Assembly (NCBI GenBank): GCA_043228905.1
Contig: JBHGNT010000010.1
Span: 5,332,001-5,396,000 of the forward strand
Origin: Azolla caroliniana
Taxonomy: Eukaryota > Plantae > Polypodiophyta
Direction of reading: 5' to 3'
DNA length: 64,000 bases
Shown: positions 11,525 through 24,944 of the stretch, one piece after another
How positions within the stretch are numbered: the stretch's first letter is position 1
How the letters are laid out: every line of letters starts with the position of its first letter
Made by a program: the position numbers and the translations under genes
Notes under the pieces: model-generated
Told to the model about the DNA's origin: nothing
The model's database searches: none
The model's input: the letters and a program-made list of their open reading frames with translations, nothing else

Positions 11525-14500
11525 TCAGAATTGCTTTCCCAACTCCAGTTTTTTCATTATTCTGATTGTACCATGTAATATTGAATCAATAATGCCAGCC
11601 ACCTGTTAATAAAAAGCATTCTAGACAACTCATTTATAACTTAAATCGGAAAATATATTGAAAACAAAGTCATAACTAGAATCATAGTTGTAGCTTACAG
11701 TGAAGACACCTCCGATGATTGCACAAACATTTGTGATAAAGTGTGCAAATGAGTTTGACTTCTCTTTCACTAGAACCTGCAGACATGATAATCCAATTTT
11801 GGGGACATCCCAAAAGTCCATGTAAAAATACATGCTGTAGTGCAGAAGCAGTGTTGTAAATAGGAGAAAAGAAAGAAAGAAAGAAAGAAAGATATATTAA
11901 CGTCTTCTAAGGCCAAAATTTGGCCCATGAGAGAAATAGGAGAGAATTCCTGAGAAACTCGGAATATAATCACTTTTTCTTAGCTTCCATTATTTTCCAA
12001 AATGCTCTTAGTCAACCTCATCTACAGCAATTATCTGCTTTATTGAACAATTGATCCCCGTTTTCTCCTGTTTGGTATTATAGGACATTTTGGCCTCTTA
12101 AAAGACGTTAATATATCTTTCTTTCTTTCTTTCTTGGGGGATCACAGGACCATATGGGGAGATAAAGAAAACTCATGGGTATTTTAGATGTTTTCTCATT
12201 TTTAAATGCCCAGAAGTTTTCATCATTTTCTCAATTATAAATAGTGTTTCAGCAATTATATGGTCAAATCATCCCCATTTTCTCTCTTTTGGAAATTGCC
12301 CAATAGAGTTTGTGGGCAAGAATGAAAACTCAAGGACATTCGGGAAAAAATGAACTTGGGGTACTGCAGAGATTTTTCATTAAAAATCTACGCCTTTACC
12401 CAAGAGTAATAAACCTTCTTCATCTATATTTTCTGCCATTAATTATGATTAGAAAATTCTAAATTTAAGCCTTTTCTTTAAAGTGTCTTAATTTAGAGGT
12501 ATTTTGAACCAACATTTTAGTGAACGCAGGGTAACTTTTCCCAAACACGAATGCATAACAGTGTAAGTATCAAGCATGCGAAGAAATATTAAAACTAAGA
12601 AGGTAAACCACACCTGCATTGGTGAAAGTTCATAATGAAACTTGGCAATTGGCAAGCTGCTTGTCTGAATGATATTGCTATGAACAGTGTAATCATATTT
12701 CTCGAGTACTGTTTCGCTTTGAGCCTTGGCAGAGATCACTTCAGTTTTCACAACCTGGAGATAATGTTCATGCTAGAAACCAAGAAAATCATCGTGATTA
12801 GGCAATACTTAGATCTGCTTGCAAGCAATTTCATATGTACAAGCCTTACAGTGATGTTTTCATGTTCTGATACATAAATTTTTACGGGTAAGTGATCTCC
12901 AGTTGAAACCAGTTCAGGTGTGAGCCTCATAACTTCCTGCAACATCTTCCATGGGAGCCTTCTTCCAAAGGAAAATTCTGATACATAATGTGTCATGTTC
13001 ATCATTGATAAATCAAAGGAATGAGATCCAGAATGCGCTGATATTATTAGATTTCCTGGAACCTGTGATAAGTTATTGTAGTCAGCCTTCTAACCAATGG
13101 GCATTACATGTTTGCGCATTATATTTTCTATTGATATTCTCAATAATGCCATGAATGCAAAATACCAACGATACATCAACACAGATAGCAATGCTAATGG
13201 TTTCAACCGTTAAATTGTGGAAAAAGAGGATTTCAGACCATTTTGTTAGGAGATAACTAAATGATTTCAATGTAAAAATATGGATAATTTTTACAATGAA
13301 CATATTTACTCATCGTTTTAGCCTTGATCCCTTGTGCAAACAATCTTCAAGGGTGAAATGGTTAACCATTATGAGCTTTCACCAAAATAATAATCACTAA
13401 AGTATGCTTGAGAAGAGTAACAGAGTTTACGACATTCACCGTAGTATTTTATTATTCCAACTAGAATCAAAGATCACAAGAAAGTTTCCGCCAGCACAAC
13501 ACAAGTCCCAAAGATACAAGAACACACAAGAGTGTCCTAGTCAACCTGACCTACCTCAAAATCTCAAAGATTTTTAAGAGATTTTTGGAAGGTCACCATA
13601 TTGCACAAGACCGCATGAGTGAGCAAACCGAAAACTTGCTGCTGAAATTCCTAGTTTCAAAAATCCTAATTCTGAAATATGTAAACAACAAAATATCTTA
13701 AGTTTTTATATCTGAAAACAATGGTCAGAAACCCATAATTTCAGATCAACCAACAGTCACCAGATACCCTAATATGTATGATCAAATATAAGAAGCATGG
13801 TAGAGGTCGATACGCCATTTTAGTCCTTGCCAAAAAATATACATATGCCCTAGATCCAGTTACGATGCTTATAGGCAATTGCTAGATTGACAAATCCCAT
13901 TCACACAATAAACCCCTAAACATATACAATCGCTTTAATCCTAAAGATATCAAATAACAAGCAAGAAATAGCAGTCATGTAAATGTCTTATTCTCTGATA
14001 TTTTTGATATTCATGGGATGTGATAGATATCTACAGAAATAAATGATTCTTGTCTTAGAAACAATTAATAAAAGGCAATCAACAATTACATACCTTCTTA
14101 ACTTTCAAAAAACCTTCTATTCTGCAGCCTCCAGCACGGGGAGCAGGATGCTTTATTGTTGCATTTAAAGCAGACTCTAGATCTTGGGATTTATTTTCGT
14201 GTGAAACTTCATTGAAAGCTGTCACCAATGACTCCATAGCCTGCAAGCTTGAGGCAGGAATCAAGAGAACTTTGTAAGAGAACTGAGGAAGTGAAATATC
14301 AGACTTTGTTTCTGGCAGCTCAGATTTTGTGGACGAAACGTACAACTTAGCCTTTTGGTTATATCCAAATGCAAATCATTACCCTCACCACACATATGCT
14401 TTTGATGAGATACTTCTCCCTGTACATCTCACAGGTGTCTTGTCTGCATGTATAGTAGGCAAAACAATGAAACCTGACCATGCAGCATACGTTTTCGGCA

Positions 14501-17500
14501 ACTGTAAGTATTTTGTGATTGATTTTCCTATCTCTGTGTGGAACTCTAGATTTGATCATATGATACGAGTGGAAGGTTACAAAATCAATAATATTCATTG
14601 TATATGACTGGTCAGTACTGTAAAGCTTGAGGCAACAAGGCCATAGTAGTTATCTACTGATAGTGAGCAGTTTCCCAGTGCACCACACACTTACAGAGGA
14701 AGAATGGGTTGTAAGAGTAAAACAAATGGCCCCTCTTACAGATGGTGAGGAGCCATACTTCATCCAGGCATATAATCGAGGGTTCTAAGGTCTTGAATGC
14801 TCTAACATCTTGCCAGGAATACTCTAGTAAAACAACTTTTTCTTTCTTTCCAAGGGGTAAATCATCTCTATGTTCATTGTAAGAAACTCATGTAACTATA
14901 TAAGTTAATTAACGTCCACTATAGGCCAAAGTTGACCTATGAGCCAATTCAGAAGCTCAAGGAGTATCCTTGAGATATCCAGTAAATGACACTAGTTTTT
15001 GTACTTCTTTACAAAAACAATGAATAACAATGTTTAAGTTTATAAAATGAAATGGGAAAAGCAAGAAGTTGATACCGTGACCAAAGAGTGTGTGTCTCTC
15101 TCCCCATAGTACGATTCGTGATCATGATATCCATGCTCTTCTCTTTAATACATTCACAAAATCAGTTCAAAGTAAACTTTAGCCCTTCAAGTGTAATTTG
15201 ACCTTTGGTGTATGCTACAACTAGCAAAATTCAATAGATATGAGAGCTTACCCTCTATAATTATGACACATTTGTAATTCAGATTCCAGCATTATATACA
15301 TAGTTCAACAAACAGAACGCATTAGCATCAACATTATTTGACAACAGGAAAAATAGAATAATTTAATATACAATATCCTCACGCATTCTCAGAATATTTA
15401 CCTTAAATCATGACCCTTCTTGAAAATGCGAATTGAAGGATACCCTTGAATGTGTTGCCTGCCAGAAGAATTATAAAAATGTAAACCTTGAACATCATAA
15501 AAAAGCAAATTTTGAACATGAGCCACAGATATATAGAAGAACCATTAGTCAGCATAGTTTGTATTGCAACAACTATTAAAGTCCTAGCCATAGCACGGAA
15601 TCTCAATTGCAACATCTATTACTAAAACTCTTGGGCATCATAGAGAGACTTAATAATCCATTAGAGGTCAAATAGTGCCTACGAGACCAAAAACGTTTAC
15701 AAAAGAACCATAGTAAAATATAAAGTATTGTTTTGCAAAGTCATAGCATAACAATGAACTCATCAATAGTGCATGCAAATAGACTGAAAAACACCATACA
15801 ATTAACAATCAAACTCTAAACCTAACACCTCAAAAGAACCATAGTAAAATATAAAGTATTGTTTTGCACAGTCATAGCATAACAATGAACTCATCAATAT
15901 TGCATGCAAATAGACTGAAAAACACCATACAATTAAAAATCAAACTCTAAACCTAACACTTAAATATACGTGAAAGAGGCTAAACAGTAATCAATCATTT
16001 AAATATTAACTGCTAAATGACAAGGAGAGACAAAATATAGAAAAACAAAGCACGTTCAATGATATGAAGGTGTCTTCTCTAACTAGTTACTACCAAACAC
16101 TTAAAATACAAGCTTAAGTTTTGGGTCCTATAGTGGGGGTAGATTAGCAGATTATGTTATGAAAAGATAAATTTTAGGACAGGCGTCAGCTTTAGCTAAA
16201 GTTCTCTAAAAGTGAAGACGTGTGAAAAAGCTTACAAATTGAGTTTTAAATCTCTTTAGGACGTTTCACATTATACCTTTAAACTTCTTTCTTCTTAACT
16301 CTTTTCCTAAAGCCACACTTGTCCCTCGTACTCTGATCTATGTCTAGCTGAAAGAACGTTATTAACAAACCCTTCACAACACATAGTATAACTATGGCCA
16401 GAAGAGTGACTTAAATTGTTGGGTAAATGTTATCAGTACAACCTTTCTTTGAGCACTAGTCCCTGTTTTATTAGTTAAAGGATCTAGAGCTTAACCTTGT
16501 ACTGTTATAATGTTTATTTTATTCAGACAAGGACACATTTGCAAGGGGTCTCCATTTGTGAAGGCTCTCTTCTTTTGAATTTCGTGTCTCAGCATTATTT
16601 AGTGTCCCCTCACTACCACTAAATGTTCAAGGCCTCTCAGTCTTCCCATACTACCTGAATTTCCATCAGACGCAATTGTAAAAATTGTCCAACCTCTTTA
16701 GCTTCGTAGGGAATTGCTTATTTGGGATCGCAATAGGGGTGAGCTCCAATGCATCCTCATTCTATCCGCTTGTCTATTTCTGTAGTTAATCCCTCATATA
16801 AGAAAACATCAAAGGGGAAGAAATTAAATATTTCTAGACTCTGTCAAAGAGTATATCTATTAAATATTTTAATTATTGTTACTTGGAAAACCAAATATTC
16901 AAAATGCGCTCCTGTTTAAGAGATGATTAAACATGAACTCCCAGACTCTCATAAAGGCACAGCAGGCATTAGAGACAAAAAAGTATGGGATTCATGAAAA
17001 GAGAAATTACTTTTGACAAAGCTCTCCATAGACAGTGCAGTCTACCTTCCCCAACAAGATCCTACCATCAGTTTCTGGATTGTATCTGCAGCACTCACAC
17101 AAAATAAACATAGGTGAATATTTGAGTTTCCCCTGATTAAAAGAACTATACATGAGTCTAAGAACATACAACTCAGCAACGAGAGAAGCACCTTTCAGAG
17201 ATAATTTTGGCTGCTTTCTCCCAAGAAGGCTCCTAGAAATTTAAAATAAAACATTTAACAACCAGATTTAGTCAAAAATGGTGAAGTTTTATGAATTTCC
17301 GGCAAAGCTATAAAGTACAGATATTTTACAGAATACTAAGTAATATCACTGCTTTCTTGAGGAGAGACAACAGGAAAATCTTAGGCTCTTACACTAGTAT
17401 GTAAAGTCAAAACTAATCACAAACAGATCGATATCATTGTTTTTAAGCAAAGACAGAATATATGAGAAAATTGATTGTTCTGCACAAAACCAAGGACAAA

Positions 17501-20500
17501 GATAGCTCACCAGTTTGTTACTCCAATAACACCATGGGGCATAAAAATTCACAACAAAAATTGGAAACCTGCAACAAAATGGAATAAAAATGAGTATTTA
17601 ACATTATTACATGAAATTGGCATAACTCTCTGCTTAGCTAGATAATAGTAGCATTAAGCTTGTGAAGAAATTCAGAATGAGTGCATACATCCAACAAGAA
17701 AGGCTAGCCTTTTGAAGATGATTGTGATTCGTCCATACCAAGTGTCAATGAAAGAAACAAACCAAAGCAAATATAACTAAATATAAGGTGTCAAGGAGTT
17801 CCATTAGCTACGCAACTAAGATTTTGAACTTAGATAGACTTAAACTTTTGCCTTTGAAGTATCTCCAACATAGGTCCATTTGCTACAAATCCCTGATTGA
17901 CATAATGCCTCAGTGGGGGGTGCTCCCATCTCAACTCCGATTATAACATGGGGCATCAATGCTTTTCTCCTCATCATACAAGCAATCATCAAGATTAATG
18001 GCATCCCCAAACCTCATCAGCAGATAGCTTCTTAAGAATGGAGGAAAAAAGAACGAAAGAGAGATGAATATCTCTAAAAGACCAATGAGATCTAACAAAG
18101 ACTATAATTGCTTATGTTAACTCATTGAAGCAAGTAACAATAGAAAAAGAAAAGAAAGAATGTCCTCCAACTCTAGCTTTCTAAAACTTTAGAAAGAAAG
18201 AAGAACATATTAATGCCTTCTAGGGGGCAAAAATGGCTTATGACACCGAAAAGAGATTACATCTGAAAATTTTATCAGAGTAAACCAAAATAAAAAAAGC
18301 AAATTAGTATAACTGCCAAAGGTACCTTGACTATCCCTTGTATATTTAGAAATGAAAGAAAAAGAAAAAGTGAAAAAAATTAAATACATTTTTAATATCT
18401 GCAAAACTTTAAGGGCCAAATGATAGATGGGACCAAAGATACAACCATCTGCTGATACATGCTAGACATGTCAAGACATATCACACCAGATAAAGAAAAA
18501 AGAAAAAAGTAATCATAAAGCTGAAAAAGAAGCACTCAGGCACAATGCATAGAAAAAAGCACGATTGTCAGAGAGACAAGCTTTAAAAAGCCCAAATTGA
18601 ACTTTGGCAAAAATTAGCTATATTATCCATGAAGTTCAATAGGAAGAATGCCCTGATATCACAGTGATAAATACAGCCCTTATCAAAGAAGAATGGTTTA
18701 AATGCCCAGAATCATATATTGTCTGCCAAATGCAAAAGAGCATAAAATAACAAGAAACAATCATAATGATGATTGTTGATAGCAATCCTCTCAGCGCACA
18801 TGCTCTTTTCAAGTCTTATTATTTTCCTTCAATTTTTTCTTCCTAGGTGATCATATATATACTAATTAAACCTTAGCTTTCCAGGAAATCCTACTTTATC
18901 ACCTTTTTACAATCTACTCAACGAGGCTTTTTCAAGAAAAAAACAATTCTCCACATTTGCTCATACTACCATGGTAAACACCTATAACATAAATAAATTA
19001 TCCCAATTCAACAACTATAGCACTCCTACAACATAAGTAATCTTCCCATCCTAAAATAATCTCTACCCTTTCAAAAATCAGCAATGAATTTAAAGCCCAG
19101 ACAGTTAGTACTTGCAAAAGATGATACTCAACATATAGAAGTTAATCCAATACCCAATCTATTTCAACACATTTCCATTGATCCTGTGTTTTACATTAAA
19201 AGGTATTCCAACAGATAACTTTGATTTATATAATCTTGCTGTGCGTTTCATAAGGGGACCATGAATGACTTTCCTTGTGTTCCTCAATCCTACTTTCATA
19301 ACTTACAGTATACTCAGTGAATAGGTCATTGGATCAGGAACTGCACTAGTTATAGATGTAGAATATACTTTCTATGACAAGAATAAAACACAAACATATC
19401 TTTGGTATACTGCACAGACGAGATGCTAAATTAAGAATATTCCTTCAGAAGACTTTAGTTCTTTTTACTGATAAGATATGAAAACAGAGGGCATAAAAAA
19501 TGGGAAACACAAACATAGTGCTCAAATAGCCACATGCAAAAAACTGTAAGGCATGCATACATCAAAGACGTGCAGTAGATGGCTCATACTCTGCTGCAAA
19601 TCTGTCAAAATCCTTTGCTGTAACAATGACAGCACCTTCACCAAGATCATCAAGGGATTCATGATTCTCATTTCCATGACTTACAGGATTCGAAAGTGGG
19701 CCACCATGGAATTGAGGTCCGATTTGGTTCAATTTTGGATCGATTGGAAACTTCCTAACAGTCTTCGTTATATTGAATCGATTCTGCAAAGAATATCATT
19801 GAAAGAAAGATATATTAACGCCTTCTAAGAAACAATAACTTAAAATCAAGATTTATCGATAATTTATGATAACAGACATTCTAAATCAAATTTCTTCAAA
19901 TTAAAGATATTACCGTGCCCAATACATCACTGACATCTACAGATGCAAATTCACATGATAGAGCAGGAAAACTGTACGGAGTAAACAAATGCAACATTGT
20001 AAGCATGTGAAGAAAATAGAAAGAATGATCAGTACTACAAGTGAATGTATAGACATATTTATGCAGAAGTCTTAAATTCATATCCACTTCCATTGTTCAT
20101 GGTCAGACCTCATATTGAAATCTATTCGTAGAAAATCTCCATCTTTACTGCCATCTAGCACAATGCTTGTGATTGTTGACACGCTAAGGTAATTCTTAAG
20201 TTCCTGTTCACCGAAACCAATGAAATTTTACCCACAACTCTGGATGTAATTTGAAGAAACAACTTATTTATCAAAATTAATAAGTACCATCGCAAATAAG
20301 ATAGTCATGGATAATGCGGCCAAAATAGACAATCCTGCCCCAGATAAACTGGCTTCTGTCAAGTCCCTTGGGATTTTCCTGTATTCATTATTCAAGGAAA
20401 TAAAAAACAGGAAAATAAAAAATAATGCATATGAAACTTGTCGATTTAAATGTGACAAACTATCTGAAATAGAATCACGTTTACAGGAATCATGTTAATG

Positions 20501-23283
20501 CTTCTCCACATAGAAAATGATTAAATGCTGAGATATGACAAGGGTAAACCAATAAAGTATTGATGTTAACTGAAAAATCAAATCCAAATGGCAAAACTTT
20601 TTCAATCTGTATACCTTTTAGCAATCCTCTCATCTATATATAGATCAAGGCAGATGACCAGTTCAAGTTGTCATTGCATCAAAATTCTAGGCGTTATTTG
20701 GTCATTAATTATTGAACTTCCCTTATGTTGTCATGATGTGGTGGGTCCAAAGAAGGAATAAAGAGAAAATGGGGGATAATGTAGAAATTAATGTAAATAC
20801 GTAAATATAATAGAGAAATAAAAATCAATGGCTCTAAGACGTGTGTGTAGAAATCATTTCGATGGAAGGGGAGTGGGTGAGCATTTAATGCAGTGTGTGA
20901 ACTTCCTCTTTCACTATAAACAAGGGAGTTGAGGGCTCATTTTGATGTTGGATTTTTTTTGGGAGGTTTGGGTGTTTTGAAGAACTTGTCTTTTACTTTT
21001 ACTACTCCTTGGGTATTCTTTTACCCCCTTCTTTTAGGCTTCTTCTTTCTTCTTTTATTTTATTATACGAGTTTTTGGGGTGTGAGAGTGGATATTGGGC
21101 CACTTCTCCTTCTTCTTCAACTCGAACTTGGGTTATTCTTGAGGGGTCTTCTTGCTTGAACAAGGGAAAAAGAGGAGAAAAGGAGGATCTCCAAGAGGAG
21201 GATGCAAAAGATGGTGTAGAAAGCTTCGACAATAAAAGGTGCAATGGCCATTGGTCGTGAGCTCAAGCCACCGAAACTCAAGAGTTCTTCCTCCTAGTTT
21301 ACTTCCTGTTTCCTAGCAACCATTTCTTTGTCATCACCTCTTGCATCCACAATTGTAATCACTCATTGTAAACCTTATTTTGAAAAGGGAATATTTTGTA
21401 AACAAATTAGTGGGTGTTGCCTTGATCCATGAGTTTTTTGTATTAAGCATGGGTCTTAATCCCCATTCTCCTTGTGTGACAAGGTTTCCTCAAAAGGAAG
21501 GAGGATTAGACAAGGGCTGCCCTCAAAGGGTTCTAAGTCTTCTCATACGGCATCACATCCTCCTGGTTCAAGTCCCCTATGGTCTCGCTCAAGTAGCACA
21601 CGCACACAAGTTTATGCGACAACATGGCATGCATATTCTTGGACTTCAGTTTACATTCTATCAGTTTATTGATCCAGTGAACATTTGGTTGAATGTATTC
21701 AAACTTTGATGTTATTATTGTCCCTTTGCTTCATCATTAAGACCCTCCCTCTCTCCAATCTTTCTCAAGAACATGTATGGTGATACCCTCAACCAAATAA
21801 TCATGAGACCTTAAAGGTTAAAGCAGGCCAGATAGCCAGTTATCTTAGACAACTGAGTAATTTGCTTATAATTACTCTGGTCTATCCTTCACAAGAGGAA
21901 ACCATGTTTTCAAACATGATCTCCCATTCACTCTCATAGGCCATTTGAACCTCTTGAAAGATGTTAATATATCATTCCTTCCTCTTTCTTCTTCCATTTC
22001 CACCTTCAAAAAATGGCCATTGTTGAATAAATGTATGCCCAGCCTGTGTTCTAACAATAGCATTTCTCTCGAAGAGAGGTAACCCAGCGTGCAGCCAACC
22101 CGGAGAATTCAAAAGGCTACACAGTATGAGCATATAAGAAAAGTGGCAGGCAATCACCCCATGGCCATTAAAAGGAGATGCTAGAATATATTGACTCAAT
22201 TACGAGCAAGAGATGTAATGTGGATTTAAATGAAAATCCTTTCATAACGAAGGCTTTCAAGATTAATTAGTTCACAATTAACCTAATTTACTATTCCGCA
22301 AAGCATGGAAAATTATATGTGCTAAATGGGCTGATTGAATCTCATAGATTTTAGGTTAAGTAAACTTGTAATTAGGAAGCATGAACTAGCTTCAGTGGAC
22401 TTGAGTTTATTTCATTGAGGCTTCTTGTTTTGCTCTTGATATTCATTTTTCTTGCAGAATATCTAGACTCTTTTGTTTGTGACACTATCGAATTTACACA
22501 ATGCAAACAAAATAATGGATGTGATAATCTCGTGTGATGCAAAGTTGAGATCATTGAGCATAAAAAATCCTGACATGTTCAATAATAAAGGACTTCATGG
22601 CTGATTAACTCATAATTAAACTAATATTATTATCTCCGAGATTGATTGGCTTGTATTTAACCAAATATTACTACATAAGAACAACAATGTGAAACAAAAC
22701 AAAGAATAATTTATTCATTCTCAAAGATTTTCAGTTAGTTTTGCAAATAAAAGTGTTTCATTTGTCCCATCTAATGATTATGAACTTGATCACATGATAC
22801 TAAATTTTTAAAAGAAAACAGAATGCAAAGATTTGCTAAAAGGGCTTGGCTAAATAAAAGACGTTTGGCTAAATTGTGGATTACGTTTGGCACATTTACT
22901 TCAAATTATTAGAGAACATTCTCACATGCGTGTTGAGGAAAACAGGAAAAATAAACAGAAAGAGCATAAATTTTCTGTAAATAAACGGCAAGAAAAGGAT
23001 CCTATTGGAGCATAATTCAGTAATTTCTAGATAATTAAATACGCATGCAGAGGCACAGGATTCTCTGCAACTAAAACAGTGACAAACGTATCTAAAACAA
23101 AGCATAACCCGGTAATTTATAGAACTAAAATGAAATAAAGAAGAAACAAAAGTTAGAACAAGAAAAGGCACAAGGCAATTAAACAAAAAAAAAAAATGAA
23201 AAGGGGAGGGGAAGCGCAATGTAGTTACTGATAAATAAATACCTGTAAAAATCGATAGCTTTGATCTTGGTAGGGATGGCCAT
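11525..23283 (-). CDS. PDIL5-4: Protein disulfide isomerase-like, PDI-C subfamily (ERGIC_N + thioredoxin + COPIIcoated_ERV), 15 exons, 483 aa
   Basis: GT-AG exons: 23243-23283, 20288-20378, 20109-20203, 19914-19971, 19590-19783, 17511-17568, 17192-17232, 17011-17085, 15402-15458, 15076-15142, 14094-14240, 12850-13062, 12614-12772, 11699-11776, 11525-11602. They total 1452 nt in one open frame. Motifs: DFYRKIPRDLTEAS, FYAPWCYWS, GGCRIEG, ELSPMQV, NVCAIIGGVFTVAGIIDS, C-terminal ELGKQF. Confidence 0.95.
11865..12135. repeat. Inverted pair of RTE-X LINE tails in PDI intron 13
   Basis: (GAAA)nGATATATTAACGTCTTCTAAGGCCAAAA at about 11865-11918 and its near reverse complement at about 12087-12135; both match the tail at 3955-3990. 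Confidence 0.75.
15700..15959. repeat. Tandem duplication, 2 x 131 bp, intronic
   Basis: AAAAGAACCATAGTAAAATATAAAG... starts at 15701 and at 15832. Confidence 0.9.
18190..18420 (-). mobile_element. 5'-truncated RTE-X LINE 3' fragment in a PDI intron
   Basis: Minus strand reads ...AGATGTAAT...CCCTAGAAGGCATTAATATGTTC(TTTC)n, similar to 3905-3990. Left boundary clear, right boundary approximate. Confidence 0.5.
20729..21621 (+). mobile_element. Old solo LTR in PDI intron 1
   Basis: Termini TGTCATGA...TGCGACA; TATA box CTATAAA near 20913; flanks ATGT and ACAT are both single CpG decays of ACGT; 3' end resembles 34495-34545. Confidence 0.65.
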
Positions 23284-23305
23284 GTCTGAGGAGATCGACG
23301 AAAGA

Positions 23306-23338
<33 letters not shown>
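23306..23338. repeat. (GAT)n microsatellite in the PDI 5' UTR
   Basis: Trinucleotide run about 25 nt upstream of the ATG at 23283. Confidence 0.9.
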
Positions 23339-23339
<1 letters not shown>

Positions 23340-23939
23340 CACAGAGAGGGCGAGGCTACATGCCAAGATGTCTCAAAAATACACGGAATTTTCAAATACC
23401 TGCTGTATGTTCATCTCAAATTTTATATGTTTCACGGAAATCTCGAGACTACCCTTCCCAAAATCTCAGGCTCTGCCCTTCCCAGATTATCAAGAAACCA
23501 CCCTTCCAGCTTTCCATGGGGGTAAGTTGTAACCACACCATTTTCACTCTGAATCTGCTACTACCGACCAATCCATTGATCGATCGAGGAGCAAAAAGCT
23601 TTGATTCCGAGCGTGTGAGGTATTACTAGTCTTCGCTTGGTCGTAATGAGTCGAGCAAACTCTCTCCATCCTGGAAACTCGTCTAAATATTTGGGCAGAA
23701 ACCCCGATAACAATTGCACTATCCGATTCTTGATAAAAGCAATCTTTTATGAGAAATGAGGAAGCATGGGGCAGTTCTATATGTTTCTGACAAAAGACGC
23801 GGAAGTTGAACTGTCATAGTCGCAAGAATACGCACGTGCATGTGAAACGTGAGCATGACCATCTAGGACTTGAACCAAAGAGGGTGAGTGAGCACTAGTT
23901 GTTGCCTTCGGTCCTTGGAATTTCTTTTTACTCCTTACG

Positions 23940-24357
23940 TATACTTGTGTGCATGTGAGGACATGTGTGCGTGCGTGCGTGCGTGTGTGTGTGTGTGTGT
24001 GTATGTGTGTGCAAGAACGTTTAGAAATGTACATTTATTTTGTGTGTGAAAGTGTGCTCCTCCTAAGTGTTTATAGTTCATGTGTGTTTTATATGTGCAA
24101 AACAATGTGTTGGTTTGAAGAATATTAACGTGCAAGGGGGTAAATGCGTGTGAGTGAGTGAGTGAGTGAGTGTGTGTGTGTGTGTGTGTGTGTGCATGTG
24201 CATGTGAGAGGATGTATGTGTGTGCGGGAACGTTTAGAAATGTTCATTTGTTTTCTATGTGAAAGTTTGCTACTCCTAAGTGTTTATAGTTCCTATGTGT
24301 TTTATATGTGTAAAACAATGTGTTGGTTTGACGAATATTAACATGCAAGGGGGTAAA

Positions 24358-24389
<32 letters not shown>

Positions 24390-24390
24390 T
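23940..24390. repeat. Diverged tandem duplication (about 215 bp unit) with (GT)n and (GA)n microsatellites
   Basis: GAACGTTTAGAAATGT...CTCCTAAGTGTTTATAGTTC...GCAAGGGGGTAAATG occurs twice, near 24015 and near 24228. Confidence 0.75.
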
Positions 24391-24941
24391 TATAAAGATT
24401 TATTAAAACAACAATGTCCAATTTGGGTGACCGTTGATTGTAGTAACTCATTCTTTTGGGATTTACTACCAGGATTGATGTCCCAAATTGGTAAAGTTTT
24501 GGTTGCTCCTCATGTTAATTCGTTGAACAAATGTAGATTTTGCATGTTATGGGATACAAGTTGTAAATTTCCAGGATGGTTGAGTATCGATACATCTCGA
24601 TTTGGTCGATTTCGTTTTAAGCTTCAATGGGAAACTTTTGCAGGACATTGTTTAAAATGTGGTAAATTGGGGCATTTTATGGCTGAATGCCAATATCATG
24701 GTGAACTATCCCCAAAAAATAATGTCAAAAGGAAAAATAAGGAAGATGTTGAGGAGGATATTGTCTCAATGGTTGATATGGTCATGGATGAGGGAACATC
24801 TCATGGGTTAGAGCGAGATCCTAAAGTTCATGGTCATGTTAGAGGTGTTGGGGAGGAGAATGGAGTATGTAATAATGATGGCCCAAATGTTGAAGATGGA
24901 GAGTGGCATGAAGTGAAGCATAAGATAAAAGGGAAGGGTGT
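24388..24941 (+). mobile_element. L1-type LINE ORF1 fragment (DUF4283 / zinc-knuckle type)
   Basis: PIWV...IGKVL...W...CLKCGKLGHFMAEC followed by GEWHEVK; truncated by the Gypsy segment. Confidence 0.7.
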
Positions 24942-24944
24942 TGT

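Noticed and set aside
17511-17568. Non-canonical CYWS thioredoxin active site
   Set aside because: CxxS (CYWS) is already known in plant PDI-C proteins.
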